A stretch of 64,000 nt of DNA from Candidatus Accumulibacter vicinus (GCA_002425405.1 DIME01000188.1:6310-70309), one strand, 5' to 3'. Shown: positions 20,394 to 31,980, counted from the stretch's first letter. The notes: generated by a model not told the origin, from the letters alone. A program made the numbers and translations.

Positions 20394-21830
20394 CTAGAAG
20401 TGCAGCGGCCGCTTGTCGCAAGCCAGTGCAGCTTCGTGGACCACCTCCGACAATGTCGGATGCGCATGGCAAATGCGCGCCAGATCCTCGGCGGCAGCGC
20501 CGAACTCCATCGCCACGACACCCTCCGAGATCAGCTCGGAAGCATTCGCGCCGATGATATGGACACCGAGGATGCGGTCGGTCGTGGCGCAGGCAAGCAT
20601 CTTGACGAAGCCGCTCGGGTCGCCCATGCCAAGCGCACGACCGTTCGCGGCAAACGGAATCTTGCCGGCTTTGTAGGCGACACCTTCAGCCTTCAATTGC
20701 TGTTCGGTCTTGCCCACCCAGGCGATCTCCGGACTGGTGTAAATCACCCATGGGACAGTCTCGTGATTACAATGCCCGGACTGACCAGCCATGATCTCGG
20801 CGACCATGACACCCTCCTCCATTGCCTTGTGCGCCAGCATCGGGCCGGCGACGACATCACCCACTGCCCACACGCCGGGAAGATTGGTACGGCATTGGGC
20901 ATCGACTTCGATCTGGCCTCGCTCGGTCAGTTTTAGACCCACCTTGTCGGCATCCAGGCCATCCGTGTTGGGGATGCGTCCGATCGAGACAATCAGTCGA
21001 TCGGCATCGAGTTTCTGCTCGCTGCCGTCCCTGCCGGTATAGTCGATCGAAACCCCTTTCTGGGAAATCTTGACATCACCGATTTCGATTCCGGTAATGA
21101 TCTTCAGACCCTGTTTGGCAAAAATCTTGGCGGCTTCCTTGGCCACGTCAATATCGGTGACCGAAAGAAATTCCGGTAGCGCTTCAAGGATGGTCACTTC
21201 GGCACCCAGGCGACGCCAGACACTGCCCATCTCAAGGCCGATGACGCCAGCACCGATGACCGCGAGCCTCTTCGGAACAGCATTGAGGTCGAGCGCACCG
21301 ATGTTATCGCAAACAATCTCGTTATCGACCGGTACTCCGGGCAGATGACGGGCCTTGGAACCGGTAGCCACGATTATCTGCCTAGCCTCGACCAGGGTGT
21401 CACCTACCCTGATCTGCCAGAGCCCGCTTTCAGCCGAGTCCTTGCGCCCGACAAATGCACCGTGCCCATTGAGCAGGGTAACCTTGTTTTTCTTGAAGAG
21501 GCCCTTGATGCCGCTGGTCAGCTGTTTGACGATACCATCCTTGCGACCGATCATCCTGGCCACATCGATGGCCGGCGTACCGACACAGATCCCCTGATCA
21601 GCAAAGCTGTGCCCGCTCTCCTCAAAGAGGTGCGAGGTATGCAGCAGCGCTTTCGAAGGAATGCAACCAACGTTCAGGCAGGTACCGCCAAGACGCGGTT
21701 CTCCCTTGGGATCGGCATAGGCATTCGATTCACAGCAGGCGACATTGAAACCAAGCTGTGCGGCCCGAATGGCGGCAATGTAGCCACCCGGGCCACCACC
21801 GATAACGAGAATGTCAAATTGTTTGGACAT
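20394..21830 (-). CDS. lpdA: Dihydrolipoyl dehydrogenase (E3)
   Basis: [33 protein letters not shown]. Confidence 0.97.
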   Translation of the reverse strand: MSKQFDILVIGGGPGGYIAAIRAAQLGFNVACCESNAYADPKGEPRLGGTCLNVGCIPSKALLHTSHLFEESGHSFADQGICVGTPAIDVARMIGRKDGIVKQLTSGIKGLFKKNKVTLLNGHGAFVGRKDSAESGLWQIRVGDTLVEARQIIVATGSKARHLPGVPVDNEIVCDNIGALDLNAVPKRLAVIGAGVIGLEMGSVWRRLGAEVTILEALPEFLSVTDIDVAKEAAKIFAKQGLKIITGIEIGDVKISQKGVSIDYTGRDGSEQKLDADRLIVSIGRIPNTDGLDADKVGLKLTERGQIEVDAQCRTNLPGVWAVGDVVAGPMLAHKAMEEGVMVAEIMAGQSGHCNHETVPWVIYTSPEIAWVGKTEQQLKAEGVAYKAGKIPFAANGRALGMGDPSGFVKMLACATTDRILGVHIIGANASELISEGVVAMEFGAAAEDLARICHAHPTLSEVVHEAALACDKRPLHF

Positions 21831-21915
21831 GATTGATTCCCTTTCTAATGGTCATGACTTCTCAAGACACTCCCGATTCATGATCCGTGATGATCCGTGC
21901 CTCGGTGGCGAGAGG

Positions 21916-23169
21916 TTAAACGCCGAGCAGCAGGCGTGTTGGATCCTCCAGTGCTTCCTTCATGGTCACCAGACCGAGTACCGCCTCGCGACCGTCGATA
22001 ATGCGATGATCGTATGACATTGCCAGATAGTTGATCGGACGGATCACTACTTGGCCATTTTCGACCACTGGCCGGTCCTTGGTCGCATGAATGCCGAGGA
22101 TGGCCGACTGGGGCGGATTGATGATCGGTGTCGACAACATCGAACCGAAGACACCGCCATTGGAAATCGAGAAGGTTCCGCCAGTCAGATCTTCCATCGA
22201 CAGCTTGCCGTCCTTGGCCTTGCTGCCGAACTCGCCGATTTTCTTCTCGATGTCGGCAATAGTCATCTGGTCAGCGTCGCGCAGGATCGGCACCACCAGA
22301 CCGCGCGGACTGCCCACGGCAATACCGATATCCATGTAGCCATGGTATACGATGTCGTTGCCATCGACTGAGGCGTTGATCACCGGGAATTTTTGCAGCG
22401 CAGCGACGGCGGCCTTGACGAAGAAGCCCATGAAGCCCAGGCGAACGCCGTGTACCTTTTCGAAGCGATCACCATATTGCTTGCGTAGCGCCATGATCGG
22501 GCCCATGTTCACCTCATTGAAGGTGGTCAGGATCGCATTGGTCGCCTGCGACTGCAACAGGCGCTCGGCAACTCGGGCACGCAGACGTGACATCGGTACG
22601 CGCTGCTCAGGCCGATCGCCAAGCGGCACCGTCACGCTCGGTGCCGGTGCCAGACCCGAAACCGGGCTGGCCATCGGCACAGCGACCGGGCCTGCAGCCG
22701 CTGCCGCTTTCACCACCGGCGCCTGGGCGGCCAGGGCATCCCCCTTGGTTACCCGGCCGCCACGACCCGTACCCGCGACACTGCTGGTGGCAATCCCTTT
22801 CTCTTCCAGGATCTTGCGTGCCGCCGGCAAAGCGACACCAGTAGCTGTCACCGGAGCCGTCGCCACGGCCTCAGTCTTGGCCGGTACCACCCTGGTCGCG
22901 GGCGTTGCCACCGCGACTGCGCCAGCCTGAGCAGCCGTATCGATGCGCGCAATCACCTCTCCCGCAACCACAGTCTCCCCGTCAGTCTTGACAATTTCAA
23001 CCAGCACACCACCATCCGGTGCCGGCAGCTCAAGGACGACCTTGTCGGTCTCGATGTCGATCAGGTTTTCATCCCTCGTGACGGCTTCGCCGGCCTTCTT
23101 GTGCCAGGTGACCAAGGTCGCTTCGGCAACTGACTCGGAAAGCTGTGGAACTTTGACGTCGATGATCAT
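21916..23169 (-). CDS. sucB: 2-oxoglutarate dehydrogenase E2
   Basis: Lipoyl domain [19 protein letters not shown]3-binding domain, SYDHRIIDG. Confidence 0.97.
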   Translation of the reverse strand: MIIDVKVPQLSESVAEATLVTWHKKAGEAVTRDENLIDIETDKVVLELPAPDGGVLVEIVKTDGETVVAGEVIARIDTAAQAGAVAVATPATRVVPAKTEAVATAPVTATGVALPAARKILEEKGIATSSVAGTGRGGRVTKGDALAAQAPVVKAAAAAGPVAVPMASPVSGLAPAPSVTVPLGDRPEQRVPMSRLRARVAERLLQSQATNAILTTFNEVNMGPIMALRKQYGDRFEKVHGVRLGFMGFFVKAAVAALQKFPVINASVDGNDIVYHGYMDIGIAVGSPRGLVVPILRDADQMTIADIEKKIGEFGSKAKDGKLSMEDLTGGTFSISNGGVFGSMLSTPIINPPQSAILGIHATKDRPVVENGQVVIRPINYLAMSYDHRIIDGREAVLGLVTMKEALEDPTRLLLGV

Positions 23170-23181
23170 GTTCTCTCCGTT

Positions 23182-26022
23182 CTAGGGCAATTTGTAGTAC
23201 TCGATCTCACCGAAGGCGGAGTCGATCAGAGCCTTTTGTTGGGCGTTGTGCTTGCTTTGGTAGCCAACCGCCGGGGACGCGGAGGCTGGACGGGAAACCA
23301 GCAACAAATGCTGCTTGTCGCTGAGCGAGCGCGACAGGTGCTGACGCGAGGCAATCCAGTACCAGGCACCCTGATTGCGCGGCTCATCCTGACACCAGAC
23401 AACCTCCGTGGCTTTCGGGTACTTGGCCAGTTCTTCCTGGAAAGACTCTTGCGGAAAGGGATAGAGTTGCTCGAGTCGGGCAATCGCAACATGCGAGATC
23501 TTCCGCTCGTGCCGTGCAGCCGCCAGTTCGTAGTAGATCTTGCCGGAGCAGAAGATCACTCGGGTAACCTTCTTGGCAATGATCGGTTCGACTTCTCCGA
23601 TCACGCGCTGGAATTCTCCTTCGCTCAACTCCTCCAGCGTCGAGGTCGCATCCTTGTGGCGAAGCAGCGATTTCGGCGAGAAAACGATCAACGGTTTGCG
23701 CTGGCTACGCAGTGCTTGCCGGCGCAGCATGTGAAAGACCTGCGCTGGTGTCGATGGCTGGCAAACTTCCATGTTCATCTCGGCACAGAGCTGCATGTAA
23801 CGCTCGATGCGTGCCGAAGAATGCTCCGGACCCTGTCCTTCGTAACCATGGGGCAGCAGCAGAACCAAGCCACTGGCCCGCCCCCACTTGGCTTCTCCGG
23901 CAGCGATGAACTGGTCGATGACCACTTGCGCACCGTTGGCGAAGTCCCCGAATTGCGCCTCCCAGACCACCAACTCGTGCGGATTGGCCGTCGAGTAGCC
24001 ATACTCGAAGGCCAGCACCGCCTCCTCCGAGAGCACCGAGTCGAAGCATTGGAAACCACCCTGCCGTTCCTGCAAGTTGGCCAGCGGGTAATAGGTTCCA
24101 TGATCCCAGTGCTCACGATTCTGGTCGTGCAGCGCGGCGTGTCGGTGAAAGAAAGTGCTGCGGCCAACGTCTTCGCCGGAAATACGAACGCCGTAGCCAG
24201 AAACCAGCAGCGAGGCGTAGGCCAGATTCTCGGCCATTCCCCAGTCGACCGGGAGCTTGCCTTCGCCCATCTGGCGACGGTCCTCGATGATCTTCTGAAC
24301 GCGGCTGTGCAACGTGAAGTTCGGCGGAATGGTCGCCAATCGCCCGGACAGGCGCTGCAGTTCGCCGACCGGCACCTTGGTATCACAATTTTCGATGTAT
24401 TTCGGCGAGACGAACGGTGTCCAGTCGATGGTCATCGGGTGCTTGTAACCGGCGAGGACCGGGTTATACAACAGTTCGCCACGATCGAGGTGGGCACGGT
24501 AATCCGCGATGATCTCGTCCGGGCCCTCGGCGTGCAGCACGCCTTCGGCAACCAGCTTGTCCGCGTAGAGCTTGCGCGTGCCGGGATGCTGCTGGATCTT
24601 CTTGTACATCAGCGGCTGTGTGACCATGGGCTCATCCTGCTCGTTGTGACCGAGCTTGCGGTAGCAGACGATGTCGACCACGACATCCTTCTTGAAGGTC
24701 TTGCGGAATTCAACGGCCAGGCTGGTGACCAGCGCCACCGCCTCCGGGTCATCCCCATTGACATGAAAGATGGGCGCTTCGGCCATCTTGAAGATGTCGG
24801 TGCAGTACAGCGACGAACGATAATCGCGCGGGTCGGAGGTGGTGAAGCCAATCTGGTTATTGACGACGATATGAACCGTACCGCCGACACCGTAACCGCG
24901 CGTCTGCGCGAAGTTGAGCATTTCCTGGTTAACGCCCTGGCCAGCAACGGCCGCATCCCCATGGATGAGCACCGCGAGCACCTTGTCATTGCCGCTCTCG
25001 CCGCGACGACGCTGACGCGAGTACACCGAACCGACGACGACCGGGTTCACGATTTCAAGATGCGACGGGTTGAACGCCAGCGTCAGATGGCAGGGGCCGC
25101 CCGGAGTGGACACGTCGGACGAGTAACCCATGTGGTACTTGACATCACCCGCGCTCAGATCCTGCGCCTTCCGGCCTTCGAATTCGTCAAACAACATCGA
25201 CGGGGCCTTGCCCAGCGTATTGACCAGCACGTTGAGGCGACCGCGGTGGGCCATACCGACGACGATCTCATCGACCCCCCCGGCACCGGCGACACGAATC
25301 AGTTCATCCATGGCCACGATCGTCGATTCGCCTCCTTCGAGCGAGAAGCGTTTCTGCCCGACATAACGGGTATGCAGATAACGCTCGAGCGTCTCGGCTG
25401 CAGTCAGACGTTCAAGCATCCGTTTTCTCTGCTCGGCGGTATAGTTCGGCTTCGAATGGATGCGCTCGAGGCGATCCTGAATCCAGCGCTTCTCGGCCAC
25501 CGTACTGATATACATATACTCGACGCCAATCGATCCGCAATAGGTCGCTTTCAAGGCATCGTAGATCTGGCCAAAGGTGGCATGGTCCGGCGTTCCCTTG
25601 AACGATCCGGCATTGAACACCGTATTCAGGTCGGCATCGGAAAGGCCATAATAGGCGGGATCGAGTTGTGGCACGTCCGGACGCGGCGTTCGTTTCAGTG
25701 GGTCCAGGTTGGCCCAGCGGTCGCCAATGAAACGATACGAGGTGATCATCTGGAGAACGCTGACCTGTTTCCTGTCATCTACTGGCGTGACTGCCGCAGC
25801 GCGGTAGCCCCCCTTTCTGGCCAGTTCGGCAAACGCATTGATCACGGGCAAATGCGGAACATCGCGGGCCACGTAACCCGGCAATTGCGCCAGCTTGTCG
25901 AAATACTCGCGCCATTGCTCGGAGACAGAGCCAGGATTGTCGAGATAGTTTTCGTACAACTCCTCGACAAAGGGTGCGTTGCCGCCAAAGAGTAGGGAGT
26001 TACCAAAAAGCTGATTCATCAT
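23182..26022 (-). CDS. sucA: 2-oxoglutarate dehydrogenase E1
   Basis: GQKRFSLEG, GMAHRGRLN, HGDAA..GQG, WEAQFGDF, LPHGYEGQGPEHSS. Confidence 0.98.
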   Translation of the reverse strand: MMNQLFGNSLLFGGNAPFVEELYENYLDNPGSVSEQWREYFDKLAQLPGYVARDVPHLPVINAFAELARKGGYRAAAVTPVDDRKQVSVLQMITSYRFIGDRWANLDPLKRTPRPDVPQLDPAYYGLSDADLNTVFNAGSFKGTPDHATFGQIYDALKATYCGSIGVEYMYISTVAEKRWIQDRLERIHSKPNYTAEQRKRMLERLTAAETLERYLHTRYVGQKRFSLEGGESTIVAMDELIRVAGAGGVDEIVVGMAHRGRLNVLVNTLGKAPSMLFDEFEGRKAQDLSAGDVKYHMGYSSDVSTPGGPCHLTLAFNPSHLEIVNPVVVGSVYSRQRRRGESGNDKVLAVLIHGDAAVAGQGVNQEMLNFAQTRGYGVGGTVHIVVNNQIGFTTSDPRDYRSSLYCTDIFKMAEAPIFHVNGDDPEAVALVTSLAVEFRKTFKKDVVVDIVCYRKLGHNEQDEPMVTQPLMYKKIQQHPGTRKLYADKLVAEGVLHAEGPDEIIADYRAHLDRGELLYNPVLAGYKHPMTIDWTPFVSPKYIENCDTKVPVGELQRLSGRLATIPPNFTLHSRVQKIIEDRRQMGEGKLPVDWGMAENLAYASLLVSGYGVRISGEDVGRSTFFHRHAALHDQNREHWDHGTYYPLANLQERQGGFQCFDSVLSEEAVLAFEYGYSTANPHELVVWEAQFGDFANGAQVVIDQFIAAGEAKWGRASGLVLLLPHGYEGQGPEHSSARIERYMQLCAEMNMEVCQPSTPAQVFHMLRRQALRSQRKPLIVFSPKSLLRHKDATSTLEELSEGEFQRVIGEVEPIIAKKVTRVIFCSGKIYYELAAARHERKISHVAIARLEQLYPFPQESFQEELAKYPKATEVVWCQDEPRNQGAWYWIASRQHLSRSLSDKQHLLLVSRPASASPAVGYQSKHNAQQKALIDSAFGEIEYYKLP

Positions 26023-26089
26023 GGCAGTTACCTGTCGTCACCGTTCTGGTTCGAATTGAGAAAACCTGTGGCGGGGAGACCACAGCATG

Positions 26090-26120
26090 AAAAAGGGCGG
26101 CTACTGCCGGCCGCCCCTTT
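26090..26120 (-). terminator. Rho-independent terminator-like hairpin between gltA and sucA
   Basis: Minus strand GGGGCGGC...GCCGCCC followed by TTTTT. Confidence 0.55.
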
Positions 26121-26132
26121 GAATCGATCAGC

Positions 26133-27428
26133 CTAGCGCTGGTCGACGGCAATGACGTCGCGCCTGGTTGGGCCGACATAGAGCTGGCGTGGACGCCCGA
26201 TCTTGTACTCCGGATCGTTGATCATCTCTTCCCATTGTGTCATCCACCCGACCGTACGTGCCAGTGCGAAGATGCAGGTGAACATGGTGGTCGGAATGCC
26301 GAGCGCCTTTTGCACGATCCCCGAGTAGAAATCGACGTTGGGATAGAGCTTCTTCTCGATGAAGTAGTCGTCCTCGAGAGCGATCTTCTCAAGTTCCAGC
26401 GCCAGCTTGAACAAACGATCGTTCTCCAGACCGAGTTCCTGCAGCACATCGCTGCAGACCTTGCGCATCAGCTTGGCGCGCGGATCAAAATTCTTGTAGA
26501 CACGGTGACCAAAGCCCATCAGCTTGAATTCGTCGTTCTTGTCCTTGGCGCGGGCAATGTAGCGGCCAACTCGCGAGACATCGTGGATTTCCTCGAGCAT
26601 CTGCAGGCAGGCCTCGTTGGCACCGCCGTGTGCCGGGCCCCAGAGGCAGGCGATCCCCGCCGAGATGCAGGCATACGGGTTGGCACCGGAAGATCCCGAC
26701 AGACGAACCGTCGAAGTCGATGCATTCTGCTCGTGATCGGCATGCAAGGTGAAAATGGTGTCCAGGGCGTGCACCAGCACCGGATTCGGCTTGTACTCCT
26801 CGCAGGGCGTGCCGAACATCATGTGCATGAAGTTGGCGGTGTAATCGAGGTCGTTGCGCGGGTAAATGAACGGCTCGCCGACGTGATACTTGTAGGCCAT
26901 GGCAATGATTGTCGGGAGTTTGGCGACGATCCGGTTGAAACTGATGTTCTGGTGTTCAAGATCGGAGAAATTCTCGGCTTCATGGTAAAACGCCGACAAG
27001 GCGCCCACGACCCCCACCAGGACGGCCATCGGATGCGCATCACGACGGAAGCCCTGGTAAAACTTCACCAGCTGCTCGTGCACCATCGTGTGTACCTTGA
27101 TGTTCTTCTCGAAGTTGGTTTTCTGAATAGCCGTCGGCAGTTCGCCGTTCCACAACAGATAGGCCACCTCGAGGAAGTTGCATTGCTCGGCCAGTTGCTC
27201 GATCGGATAACCCCGATAGAGGAGTTCGCCCTTGTCGCCATCGATGAACGTGATCTTCGACCGGCAACTTGCTGTCGACAAGTAGCCGGAATCGTAGGTG
27301 AAATGACCGGTCTTGCCCAGCAGGGTACGAATGTCGATACAATCATTGCCATGCGTAGGCGTCATGATTGGAAATTCGACGGGCGCCTGCCCCTCGATGG
27401 TCAAAGTTGCTTTACGTTCGATCGTCAT
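26133..27428 (-). CDS. gltA: Citrate synthase (type II)
   Basis: [37 protein letters not shown]. Confidence 0.98.
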   Translation of the reverse strand: MTIERKATLTIEGQAPVEFPIMTPTHGNDCIDIRTLLGKTGHFTYDSGYLSTASCRSKITFIDGDKGELLYRGYPIEQLAEQCNFLEVAYLLWNGELPTAIQKTNFEKNIKVHTMVHEQLVKFYQGFRRDAHPMAVLVGVVGALSAFYHEAENFSDLEHQNISFNRIVAKLPTIIAMAYKYHVGEPFIYPRNDLDYTANFMHMMFGTPCEEYKPNPVLVHALDTIFTLHADHEQNASTSTVRLSGSSGANPYACISAGIACLWGPAHGGANEACLQMLEEIHDVSRVGRYIARAKDKNDEFKLMGFGHRVYKNFDPRAKLMRKVCSDVLQELGLENDRLFKLALELEKIALEDDYFIEKKLYPNVDFYSGIVQKALGIPTTMFTCIFALARTVGWMTQWEEMINDPEYKIGRPRQLYVGPTRRDVIAVDQR

Positions 27429-27499
27429 TTATTTATCCCCGTTCAGGTGTTGAGGTCACAGCTACGAACAGGAAACCGCCAGACTGTATGGCGACTTCC

Positions 27500-27754
27500 T
27501 TACTTAACTCTTACGTTGCGCAACAACGCCACGACTTCGGCCTGGACCGCATCTGTGCACTCGCGGCTACCATTGATCAGCGGCCAGAGTTCCAGGTCCT
27601 CCATGTCAGCCAGAGTGACAAATGCGTCCACCTGTTCGGGGTCCAGCGTCGGGAAGATCCGGTCAAGAAACTCCCCGAGCAAGAGGTCCATTTCCAGCAT
27701 TGCACGTCGCGTGCAACGCCAGCGCAGGCGGTTGAGGTTTTCTCTGTCCCCCAT
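27500..27754 (-). CDS. sdhE: Succinate dehydrogenase assembly factor SdhE
   Basis: RLRWRCTRRAMLEMDLLL (Sdh5/SdhE RWxCxRRGMLELD motif); between sdhB and gltA. Confidence 0.9.
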   Translation of the reverse strand: MGDRENLNRLRWRCTRRAMLEMDLLLGEFLDRIFPTLDPEQVDAFVTLADMEDLELWPLINGSRECTDAVQAEVVALLRNVRVK

Positions 27755-28467
27755 CAGACCGCACGACGAACCATCAATTCCTTGATCTTGCCAATCGCCC
27801 GCGTCGGATTCAGACCTTTCGGGCAGACATCGACACAGTTCATGATGCTATGGCAGCGGAACAGACGATAGGGATCCTCAAGATCATCGAGGCGCTCGTT
27901 GGTCGCCTGGTCACGGGTATCGGCGATGAAACGGTAGGCGTTCAGCAGACCGGCAGGACCGACAAACTTGTCCGGGTTCCACCAGAAAGAGGGGCACGAG
28001 GTCGAACAGCAGGCACACAGGATGCACTCGTATAGACCATTGAGTTCTTCACGTTCTTCTGGCGACTGGAGTCGCTCGCGTTCAGGACGGGGACCCTCAT
28101 TGATCAGGTAAGGCTTGATCGAGTGATACTGTTTGAAGAATTGGGTCATGTCGACGATCAGGTCGCGAATCACCGGCAGGCCCGGCAGCGGTCGCAAGAC
28201 GACCGGCTGCTTGAGATCCTTGATCTCGGTCAGGCAGGCCAGGCCGTTCTTGCCATTGATGTTCATCGCATCCGATCCGCAAATGCCTTCTCGACACGAG
28301 CGACGATAGGACAGCGTGTCATCCTTCGCCTTCAGCCGGGTCAGGATGTCGAGCAACTTGCGGTCGATGGAAAAATCGACTTCGACCGAGATATCCTGCA
28401 TGTAGGGCGCGGCGTCCTTGTCGGGATCGTAGCGGTAAATTTTGAACTGCATGGTACTGGTGGTCAT
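27754..28467 (-). CDS. sdhB: Succinate dehydrogenase iron-sulfur subunit
   Basis: SCREGICGSD, CILCACCSTSCP, CHSIMNCVDVCP. Confidence 0.98.
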   Translation of the reverse strand: MTTSTMQFKIYRYDPDKDAAPYMQDISVEVDFSIDRKLLDILTRLKAKDDTLSYRRSCREGICGSDAMNINGKNGLACLTEIKDLKQPVVLRPLPGLPVIRDLIVDMTQFFKQYHSIKPYLINEGPRPERERLQSPEEREELNGLYECILCACCSTSCPSFWWNPDKFVGPAGLLNAYRFIADTRDQATNERLDDLEDPYRLFRCHSIMNCVDVCPKGLNPTRAIGKIKELMVRRAV

Positions 28468-28490
28468 GACATTGACTCCTTGGCGCACGA

Positions 28491-30275
28491 TCAATAGGAA
28501 CGCGTCTTCAGCGCGATGGATTCGACAGACAGAGGCTTCATGATCACCGGCTTGTAATCGAGACGATTACCGTCGCGGTGCCATAGTGTGTGCTTGTGCC
28601 AGTGGATGTCGTCGCGCCCGTTCGGATTCGCTGCAGTATCCGGCGCATCGTCACGGACATGGGCACCACGCGACTCCTTGCGCGCCTCCGCCGAAATCAT
28701 CGTCGCCTTGGCCACTTCGATCAGATTGTCCAGTTCCAGGGCCTCAACTCGTGCCGTATTCCACACCTGGGACTTGTCCTTGATCTCGGTTCGCGCGACC
28801 GCCTTCTCGATATCGAGGATCTTCGCGACCCCCTCGGCCAGCATCTCCTTGAAGCGGAAAACGCCACAGTGTTTTTGCATCGTACGCTGCAGTTCGAGAC
28901 GCGTCGCATTGACGTCGGCCCCGCCGGTCTGCGTGTCGAGACGGTGCAGACGTGCCATCGTGCGATCCGCGAAATTCTCCGGCAGTTCCTTGAGACCGAT
29001 GGCCCCGGACTTGAGATCGTCGATGACCGAATCGCCGGATGATTTGCCGAATACCAGCAGGTCCAGCAGTGAGTTGGTTCCCAGCCGGTTGGCGCCGTGC
29101 ACCGAAGCACAGGCGACCTCACCGGCGGCGTAGAAGCCCTTGACCGGCGTCCCGTCATCGGCGACGACCTGGCCCTTGTAGTTGGTCGGCACACCTCCCA
29201 TCTGGTAATGACAGGTCGGCACCACCGGGATCGGCGCCTTGATCGGATCGATGCCGGCAAACTGGATTGAAATCTCGCGAATTCCCGGCAGGCGCTTCAT
29301 GATCGTCGCCGGATCGAGGTGGGTGATGTCGAGCAGCACAAAATCCTTGTTTGGCCCGCAACCTCGGCCCTCATTGATTTCCGTCACCATGGCACGCGAC
29401 ACCACGTCGCGAGAAGCCAGATCCTTGGCATTCGGCGCATAACGCTCCATGAAGCGTTCATTGGTCGAATTACGCAGGATGCCACCTTCGCCGCGCACTC
29501 CCTCGGTAATCAGCACGCCCGCGCCAGCGACGCCGGTCGGGTGGAACTGCCAGAACTCCATGTCCTCCAGTGCAATGCCGGCGCGCGCCGCCATGCCCAG
29601 ACCGTCACCGGTGTTGATGAAGGCGTTGGTCGATGAATAGAAAATCCGGCCAGCACCTCCGGTGGCAAAGACGGTGGCCTTGGTGTGGAAAGCGACGACT
29701 TCACCCGTTTCCATTTCAAGGGCGATGACGCCAAGCACCTGCCCGGAATCATCACGGATCAGGTCGAGCGCCATCCATTCGACGAAGAACTGCGTATTGG
29801 CGCGTACGTTGCGCTGATAGAGCGCGTGCAGCATGGCGTGACCCGTGCGGTCTGCCGCGGCGCAGGCGCGGCGAACCGGTTTCTCGCCAAAGTTCGACAT
29901 ATGTCCGCCGAAGGGACGCTGGTAGATCTTGCCCTCATCGGTGCGGTCGAAAGGCATGCCGAAGTGCTCGAGTTCGACGACGACCTCGGGTGCCATGCGG
30001 CACATGTATTCGATCGCATCCTGGTCACCAAGCCAGTCAGAGCCCTTGACGGTATCGTACATGTGCCAGTGCCAGTGATCCTCCTCGGAATTGCCGAGCG
30101 AGGCCGATACCCCTCCTTGCGCCGCCACGGTGTGCGAACGGGTGGGAAAGACCTTTGACAACACGGCTGTCTTCAGACCAGCCTCGGAAAGCTGGATCGC
30201 CGCCCGCAGGCCGGAACCGCCGGCCCCAACGATGACCGCATCGAACTTACGTACCGGAACGATTAGCTTGCTCAC
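28491..30275 (-). CDS. sdhA: Succinate dehydrogenase flavoprotein subunit
   Basis: GAGGSG, RSHTVAAQGG, QFHPTG, HGANRLG. Confidence 0.98.
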   Translation of the reverse strand: MSKLIVPVRKFDAVIVGAGGSGLRAAIQLSEAGLKTAVLSKVFPTRSHTVAAQGGVSASLGNSEEDHWHWHMYDTVKGSDWLGDQDAIEYMCRMAPEVVVELEHFGMPFDRTDEGKIYQRPFGGHMSNFGEKPVRRACAAADRTGHAMLHALYQRNVRANTQFFVEWMALDLIRDDSGQVLGVIALEMETGEVVAFHTKATVFATGGAGRIFYSSTNAFINTGDGLGMAARAGIALEDMEFWQFHPTGVAGAGVLITEGVRGEGGILRNSTNERFMERYAPNAKDLASRDVVSRAMVTEINEGRGCGPNKDFVLLDITHLDPATIMKRLPGIREISIQFAGIDPIKAPIPVVPTCHYQMGGVPTNYKGQVVADDGTPVKGFYAAGEVACASVHGANRLGTNSLLDLLVFGKSSGDSVIDDLKSGAIGLKELPENFADRTMARLHRLDTQTGGADVNATRLELQRTMQKHCGVFRFKEMLAEGVAKILDIEKAVARTEIKDKSQVWNTARVEALELDNLIEVAKATMISAEARKESRGAHVRDDAPDTAANPNGRDDIHWHKHTLWHRDGNRLDYKPVIMKPLSVESIALKTRSY

Positions 30276-30623
30276 TTACATTCTCCACAGGATCTGAACC
30301 GCCCAGCCGGCATATCCGACCAGCACCGTAGCTGTCGCAATCATCATCAGCAGACGCAAGCCATCGGGCTTGACGTAATCCATCCAGATGTCCCTGACAC
30401 CAATCCAGGCATGGTAGAAGACACTGACAAAGAACAGAAATGTGGCGAATTTCATGAAGCCGTTGGCGAAGATGGCGCGCCAGGCCTCGAAGGAATCGGG
30501 CCCGACGGCACCGACCACGACCAGGAAAATGACCGTGTAAACCGCCATGATGATTGCTGTGGCACGCTGGATGAGCCAGTCCTTGAGGCCATAGTGAGCC
30601 CCGACGAGAATACGATTTACCAT
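30276..30623 (-). CDS. sdhD: Succinate dehydrogenase membrane anchor
   Basis: DWLIQRATA, HAWIGVRDIWMDYVK. Confidence 0.95.
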   Translation of the reverse strand: MVNRILVGAHYGLKDWLIQRATAIIMAVYTVIFLVVVGAVGPDSFEAWRAIFANGFMKFATFLFFVSVFYHAWIGVRDIWMDYVKPDGLRLLMMIATATVLVGYAGWAVQILWRM

Positions 30624-31018
30624 AGCACTTTAGCTCCGACGATCAGGGTCAGCGCAATGCTGACCGCGAAAACGACCTTGCTCGACAGACGTGCCGCCTC
30701 AAGTTCGATCCCTTTGTGCAGATCGAGCAGCAGATAGCGGATGCCGGCGCAGAAGTGGTGCATGTAGAACCAGATCAGACCGAGCAGAACAATTTTGACC
30801 AGGGGATGGGCGACGACCCCCCTGACGCTGGCGAAGGTTTCCGAAGAGGTGAGACTGCTCTGGAACAGCCAGAGCAGAAATGGCAACAGCAGGAACAGTC
30901 CTGCCCCGCTGATGCGGTGAATGATTGAAAGGATACCCGGAAGGGGTAGCCTGATAGTGGGCAAATCCAAATTCTTTGGACGCTTCTTCTTGATCGCCAT
31001 CTCTGCCATGAACGTCAT
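30617..31018 (-). CDS. sdhC: Succinate dehydrogenase cytochrome b556 subunit
   Basis: RPKNLDL..IRLP...SI.HRISG, HHFCAGIRYL. Confidence 0.95.
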   Translation of the reverse strand: MTFMAEMAIKKKRPKNLDLPTIRLPLPGILSIIHRISGAGLFLLLPFLLWLFQSSLTSSETFASVRGVVAHPLVKIVLLGLIWFYMHHFCAGIRYLLLDLHKGIELEAARLSSKVVFAVSIALTLIVGAKVLW

Positions 31019-31130
31019 CCCTCATATGATTAGCTGGCCGAATGTACGCCACCCGACCCCCTTCGAAACCACGCTGGATTATAAACCATCCAGGCGTGCC
31101 TGACTCACCCAAAAAGCCTGTTCCGAGTCC

Positions 31131-31868
31131 TCAGCCCAGTTCATTGTGATAATGATAGTTGCGTGTCGAATAGAAACCCCGCCGCCATTCGACGGGCTTG
31201 TGGCCATAGGTGAAAGTCACCCTCTCGACCAGCAGCAGCGGACTTCCCTCGGCTACCTGCAGCCACTCGGCACTGACCCGGTCAGCCGCAACGGCGCGCA
31301 GCCGTTCGTCGGCACGGATCATGCGGACGCCATAACGCGTCTCGAACAGGCTGTACAGCGACTCGCCTGATCTGAGCACCTCAAGTGACAGATCGGGAAA
31401 GAGTTCGCTCGGGAGATAGATCTCGTCGAAGACCACCGGCTCGTCCCCCAATTTCAACAGGCGACGAAGAATCGTAATGGGCGCACCCGTCTCGATGGCC
31501 AGAATGCGCGCGACATCGGCACCGGCCTTGGCGCGCCAGCATTCGAGCGGGATGCTCTGGGAGATCTGCAACTCTCCTTGATTGGGGAGCAGGCGAAGAA
31601 AGCGGAAAAACGAACCTGGATCCTTGTGAGTGGCGACGAAAGTCCCCTTGCCTTGCTGGCGTACCAGGAGATTCTCGGCAGCCATTTCATCAATGGCCTT
31701 GCGCACCGTCCCCTGGCTCACGCCGAAACGGCTGGCCAGTTCGGACTCACTCGGGATGGAGTCCCCCGGACCCCACTCACCCGACTCCAGATTGTGCAGG
31801 ATCAGTTCCTTGATCTGCCGATACAACGGACTGAATGTGGGAGGATGCAATGACGATGACCGGCTCAT
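31131..31868 (-). CDS. GntR (HutC/UTRA) family transcriptional regulator upstream of sdhC
   Basis: PLYRQIK...PSESELA..FGVSQGTVRKAI...QGKGTFV wHTH plus UTRA domain; conserved position between mdh and sdhC in Betaproteobacteria. Confidence 0.92.
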   Translation of the reverse strand: MSRSSSLHPPTFSPLYRQIKELILHNLESGEWGPGDSIPSESELASRFGVSQGTVRKAIDEMAAENLLVRQQGKGTFVATHKDPGSFFRFLRLLPNQGELQISQSIPLECWRAKAGADVARILAIETGAPITILRRLLKLGDEPVVFDEIYLPSELFPDLSLEVLRSGESLYSLFETRYGVRMIRADERLRAVAADRVSAEWLQVAEGSPLLLVERVTFTYGHKPVEWRRGFYSTRNYHYHNELG

Positions 31869-31918
31869 GGACAGTCATTTCAGCATAATTTGACGCTCGC
31901 GTCCATCCCGCTCAAACC

Positions 31919-31980
31919 ATTCATATCTTATATAAGACATAAGATAGATTTGACACCTGCGGATCATAGATCTTATGATC
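31919..31980. promoter_or_regulatory. mdh promoter and palindromic operator(s)
   Basis: TCTTATATAAGA palindrome (31926-31937) extended by CATAAGA; TTGACA (31950-31955)-N18-TATGAT (31974-31979); second inverted repeat GATCATA-N5-TATGATC (31962-31980). Confidence 0.7.

Noticed and set aside
23236-25995. Very long antisense ORFs (919 aa opposite sucA; also 48603-51035 opposite gyrA/pheA, 1631-3208, 9744-11261, 26235-27785, 38296-39894, 62137-63600)
   Set aside because: They are shadows of highly expressed high-GC genes on the other strand; they have no family motifs and the real genes are unambiguous.
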